A DNA stretch of 64,000 nucleotides. Source: the human T2T-CHM13v2.0 reference genome, Homo sapiens. The notes under the pieces were generated by a model. It had not been told where the DNA came from. It saw only the letters and a list, made by a program, of their open reading frames with translations, and ran no database searches. The stretch lies in NCBI RefSeq assembly GCF_009914755.1, contig NC_060925.1; one strand, given 5' to 3'. How positions within the stretch are numbered: position 1 is the stretch's first letter; the number at the start of each line of letters is the position of its first letter. This document shows, one piece after another, positions 55,697 through 64,000 of this stretch. Made by a program: the position numbers and the translations under genes.

Positions 55697-55904
55697 CAAG
55701 CTTGTCCAGCCCATGGTCTGCAGGCCACATGTGGCCCAACACAAATCCGTAAACTTTCTTGAAACATTATGAGATTGAGATTTTTTGTGTGTGATTTTTT
55801 TAAAGCTCATCAGCTATCGTTATTGTTAGTGTATTTTATGTGTGGCCCAATACAAATTCTTCTTCCAAAGTGGCCCAGAGAAGCCAAAAGATTGGACACA
55901 CCTG
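55697..55904. mobile_element. MER30 (hAT-Charlie MITE)
   Basis: caagcttgtcca...ttggacacacctg termini, and 8-bp TSD gtgtagag/ttgtaaag. Confidence 0.85.
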
Positions 55905-58900
55905 TTGTAAAGAGTATATGGGAAGCCACTATAACCTAAGAAATACTAAAATGTTTTTAGAAGTATAGTTATTAAATTTGTATGGGACTGATAACAAAAC
56001 AGACAGATCAATAATATAAAATGTAAAAGTCTTGAAGGGGACCGAATATGTGCAAGGACTTGGTATGTGATTTTTGTGGCAGTTTATTAGTCTATTCAAA
56101 AAATAAAATGCTCATTTAAAAAAAACTTATTAATTATCTAATATGTGCCATGCAGTGGGATATGATGATGAACAAAAATAAGTAAAGTCCCTGACTAATG
56201 TTGGCTTGTAGGGTGGAAGCGGGGAGAAGAACATTTAAATAATTCCACAAACAATCATGAAACTGCAGCTATGACAAGTGCTACAAAGAAAGATCACGTT
56301 AGGAAAACTTGAAACGTAAATTATGACCTTGTCGGTGTATTACCACAGAAGGATTTTCTACAGAAATAGGTGGAAAGCAAGAGGAAGAATTTCGGGACAG
56401 AGGAAAAACAGCAGGCTTAAATATGACTTAAAAGTACATGTCCAGCTTTCTAAAAAGGTTAAGAAAGCTAGATTTCTATTCACATTTTTATAACAATATA
56501 AAGTTTAGATAAAGACTTATACTATCTATTTGAAAAATACATATTACATGCCTATGATGTGCCATGAATACAGCCAACGATAAGGAATAAAATCGACAAA
56601 ATTGCTGCCTTCATGAGGCTTATATTCTGCATTTAAATGTAAAATTTAGATAGGAACCTGATATTTATTTTAAACAAAAAACAAAAATACAAGTATTTGG
56701 AGAAAATATTGATAACTACTTATATAATCTTTAAAGGAAATGAAAGCAAACAAAAGATGGCTGGCCTCATTTTCACTTAGAAAAACAAACCCAAACTTTT
56801 ATTTAAATAAAAAAAACACATAAAAAATTAGAGAAAGCAGAAAAATGTTTAGAATATGTATGGTAAAAGATTAATCTCCTTGCAATACACAAGTACCATT
56901 GAAAGTCCATAAGAAAAAAATGAACATCCCAATTGGAAAAATAGCAAGAAAATTAGCAGGGCAATTTGTTAAAAAAATAAAATAAAAACAATACATAAAA
57001 CATGTACTAGCAATCAAAAGAAATGTACATTTAAATAACAAGACATCATTTCACGTGTCAGACTGGCCCCAAAAAAGGAAAAGATAAAAGAAAAAAGATA
57101 CACTGAAGGGTTTTCATAAAAGGGAAATTGTGTGATATATAACCAATGTCTTCAACGACATCCTTATAAATACAACTGTGTGCCTTCCCTTTCTGTCCTT
57201 TCTTGATTTGAGCCAAGGACTTAGTACCAAAGTATTACTCAGTAAAACCAATTCTATGAGGGGCCTTTCAGGACATATTTCACTTATACATCATCACCTA
57301 AATGCTCATCATCTCCTATAAAGTCAGACATCACGTTTTGGCTAGTCAAATATCTTTTGAATTTAAGAACTAATTATTCTAAACATATGAAATTTAACGT
57401 TTGTGCCGAATGTTCAAATACTAGCTCTAGACGTATCAGGCCTTATAATTTAGGAGAAATTTCGAAAACAAAAAGCTATTATCTTAATAGATGTTCACTT
57501 ATACGCATTATTTTTCCATCAAAACTAAAGATAAAACAGATAAATATGCAAATCCTGGAGACCAAAGGAGACCTGAAGCTGTCTGAACTAGAAATTGACC
57601 TTTTGAGACCAATACTATGATGGACAGGAATCACTCTCCATATAGTCCCCAGCACGCAAGACAGATAATTAAGCTAGCTGGACCATGCATCTAACTTACC
57701 AAAGTATTTCTTCTTCCCTTAGAATTACCAATTAAACATTAAAGAACATCAGAATAGTCTATCCCAGTTGTTTCTGTCAAGTCATAGGCACTCCTAAAAT
57801 CTCCAGTTCTGACAAAGCAATCTTTAAGTAAAGTCTTAGCCAAAAATCTCAAAATAAAACTGATCCTTTTATACCTAAAGTTAGACTTTCCCATAAGATA
57901 CAATCTTAAAGCTCTCATTAAATAGGTTTTTCTTTCTTTCATTAATATGAAAATTTCCAGGATAAAATCCAAGTATTTATTTTTAAAATATCTTATATTG
58001 TGAAATTAAATCCTCCAAGTAAGTATGAAAGATATATTCATACAATCTTTTAATCCTTGTTTATTCATAATTTGTTCCCATAACACCATAGCATACTAAT
58101 TATGCTGCTGGTTATTTGAAAGGGCAAGAAAACGAAAAACAAACGGGTCCTTCAAAAACCAAGTTTAAAAAAAACAGTTCAGAAGGGACATCTTCACCTA
58201 TTCCTTTCCTTATATTCCAAATCACGTACAGTCTTTTATCCAGGGAAATGAATAAATACTTTCAAAATACTGATAAAAATCAGATCATGCTTAGCTCTGA
58301 AAAATAGTATTTTCTTATCTACTATATATTACACTTCTTTATTTTATTCAAGATGGGCTTTATAGTAATTTTAAATATACATCTGTCACTGCATTTCAGT
58401 GACATTGCAAAGAAATTATTGAATGAAATGTAAAGTCAGTTAAATCTATAATAAATTTAAAGTGGAAAAGATGTCAGATTATCTGTAATTTAGGTTTATG
58501 TTTATTACAAAATTAAAGTGTGGCTTTTGGCCCATAAACTATTCTTTCTATTTTTAGTTTCCTCACCAATCAAAGAACTATACCTGCCCTTCCTACCATA
58601 CAAGGCCAACATCCAGGAGTGGGAGAAGAGGGATCTCACATTTGTTTAGAACCTGTTCCACCGAGCACTCAAATTTGTTCTGAAGACAAGTGAGAACATA
58701 TATGTGTGCATTTTAATAAATAAATAGTACTTACTAAATGATAAAAAGTATTACATAAATGCTAGATGCTACTTCTATTACTGTTATTGCTATCATAAGT
58801 GACAAACATTTAGTGGAAAGCTAGAGGCCTCATCAAGGTAGAGCAGTATAAATGATCATCTATGTATTACTATATCCTGAATAAATTGAGATAATGCTTT

Positions 58901-59787
58901 TCTTGTATTAAACATGTAATAAGCATATTAAAACTTCTCTTGGCTTATAATACACTTAGTCATGTATTCAACAAATTAATTGAGTGCCTATCATGTGACA
59001 GTCATTTTCAAACACTGAGAATACAACAGTGAATTTTTCTGGAACCAACAATCATGGTTCTCCAGCTAATTTGAACTATCTTGCTTTACTTCAATTTTTC
59101 CATTAAAATGCATTGTTCATTCTCTTATCACTGAACGGGGGTGGGGAGGTCTCAAAGTTCTGTTTTAAACAGCAACACATCTCCCACTGTGTCAGCCTTT
59201 CCATGTAAGAAATCAATTCTAGAGAATTTGGATTTTCTCATTCTCTGGTCCAATAAATCTGAACTATAATTCAAACACTGCAGATAACATGAATTAGGAA
59301 TGCTGAGCTGGCACAGTGAATTTAAGTTGTATCACATTTCAAATTATGTCTGATAATATAAAGTTTGCTGTGGAATTAATGTGATCTAGAAGCATACGGA
59401 GATGGAGATGGTATTGTTACAAGGTAATATTAGGGAACAAAAGAAAGAAATCTGAAAGGTAATCTGACAAGCTTTGTTAATTTTTCCTCTTCAAATTCTA
59501 AAATGATTATGTACAAAAAAGGTGTTTAAATCAACATTCCATCCTTCAAATACAAAGTCTTGGTTTTATATAAAACTCTATGTGCAGAAGCTCAGTATAA
59601 ACTGACCAGGATTTTTATAAGTTTGGCATGAATCAAGGCCACTATCAACAATCAAAACCAAAAATCACTCTTCAGAAAAAGAACTTTAAAACGTTAAATG
59701 TGTTTATTAAAGAAAAAGGCATATTCACTATAAACATTATTGTGACCAAACAGCCAGCCAGTAAAGACTTTTAAAAGTGCTTTGGTG

Positions 59788-59871
59788 GGCCAGGTGTGGT
59801 GGCTCACGCCTGTAATCCCAGCACTTTGGGAGGCCGAGGCAGGTGGATCACCTGAGGTTAGGAGTTTGAGA
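59788..59871 (+). mobile_element. AluSp 5' part (continues at 63914)
   Basis: ggccaggtgtggtggctcacgcc...cctgaggttaggagtttgaga. Confidence 0.92.
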
Positions 59872-63670
<3,799 letters not shown>

Positions 63671-63829
63671 AAAAATTAGCCACGTATGGTGGCACATGCC
63701 TGAAGTGCCAGCTACTTGAGAGGCTGAGGTGAAAGGATCACTTGAGCCCAGGATGTTGAGGCTGCAGTGAGCTGTGATCATGCCACTGCACTCCAGCCTG
63801 GGCAACAGAGTGAGACACTGTCTCAAAAA

Positions 63830-63876
<47 letters not shown>

Positions 63877-63914
63877 AAGTTCCATCCGTTAATATTGCTA
63901 AAAAAAAAAAAAAA
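63671..63914 (+). mobile_element. 3'-transduced AluJ right arm, (AAAT)n, 21-nt unique tag and polyA
   Basis: AluJ diagnostics ggatcacttgagcccagg and gaggctgcagtgagctgtgatcatg. Lies inside the TSD aggagtttgaga. Confidence 0.88.
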
Positions 63915-64000
63915 GGAGTTTGAGACCAGCCTGACCAACATGGAGAAACCCCGTGTCTACTAAAAATACAAAATTAGCCAGGTGTGGTGGCGCATGCCTA
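63914..64000 (+). mobile_element. AluSp 3' part (runs off window)
   Basis: gaccagcctgaccaacatggagaaaccccg, AluSp diagnostic positions. Confidence 0.9.

Larger units (their letters stand above)
54240..57070 (+). mobile_element. Fragmented ancient L1M interrupted by younger elements
   Basis: ttcaatattgttctggaag, tcatttagagatgacaatattg (decayed RT motif), aacagacagatcaat. Confidence 0.55.

Overview
Primate, most likely human, AT-rich genomic DNA from inside VAV3 (Vav family Rho/Rac GEF), transcribed on the minus strand. Four GT-AG coding exons join in frame: 48402-48503, 47992-48092, 31857-31882 and 26963-27008. They encode the C1 zinc finger and the linker to the N-terminal SH3 domain, and are probably exons 16-19 (numbering from recall). 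The splice acceptor of the 26-nt exon also encodes the start of the short VAV3.1 isoform (MPIFTFLS-EQGTLKLPE). A phase-compatible alternative exon at 12860-12948 would end the protein in DVPCLLHFFISMAPATRSIVKSQKKNKKF*. The rest is intron rich in retroelements. Three separate L1 insertions appear to carry 3'-transduced DNA inside their target-site duplications (TSDs). One is also 5'-inverted and splits an AluSp; another splits a two-LTR THE1/MST provirus. There are also two dispersed ~140-bp local duplications. I see no RNA genes, CRISPR arrays or evidence for a wholly new gene system. Most of the supplied ORFs are repeat-derived or chance. Repeat subfamily names come from recalled consensus sequences, and old repeat boundaries are approximate.
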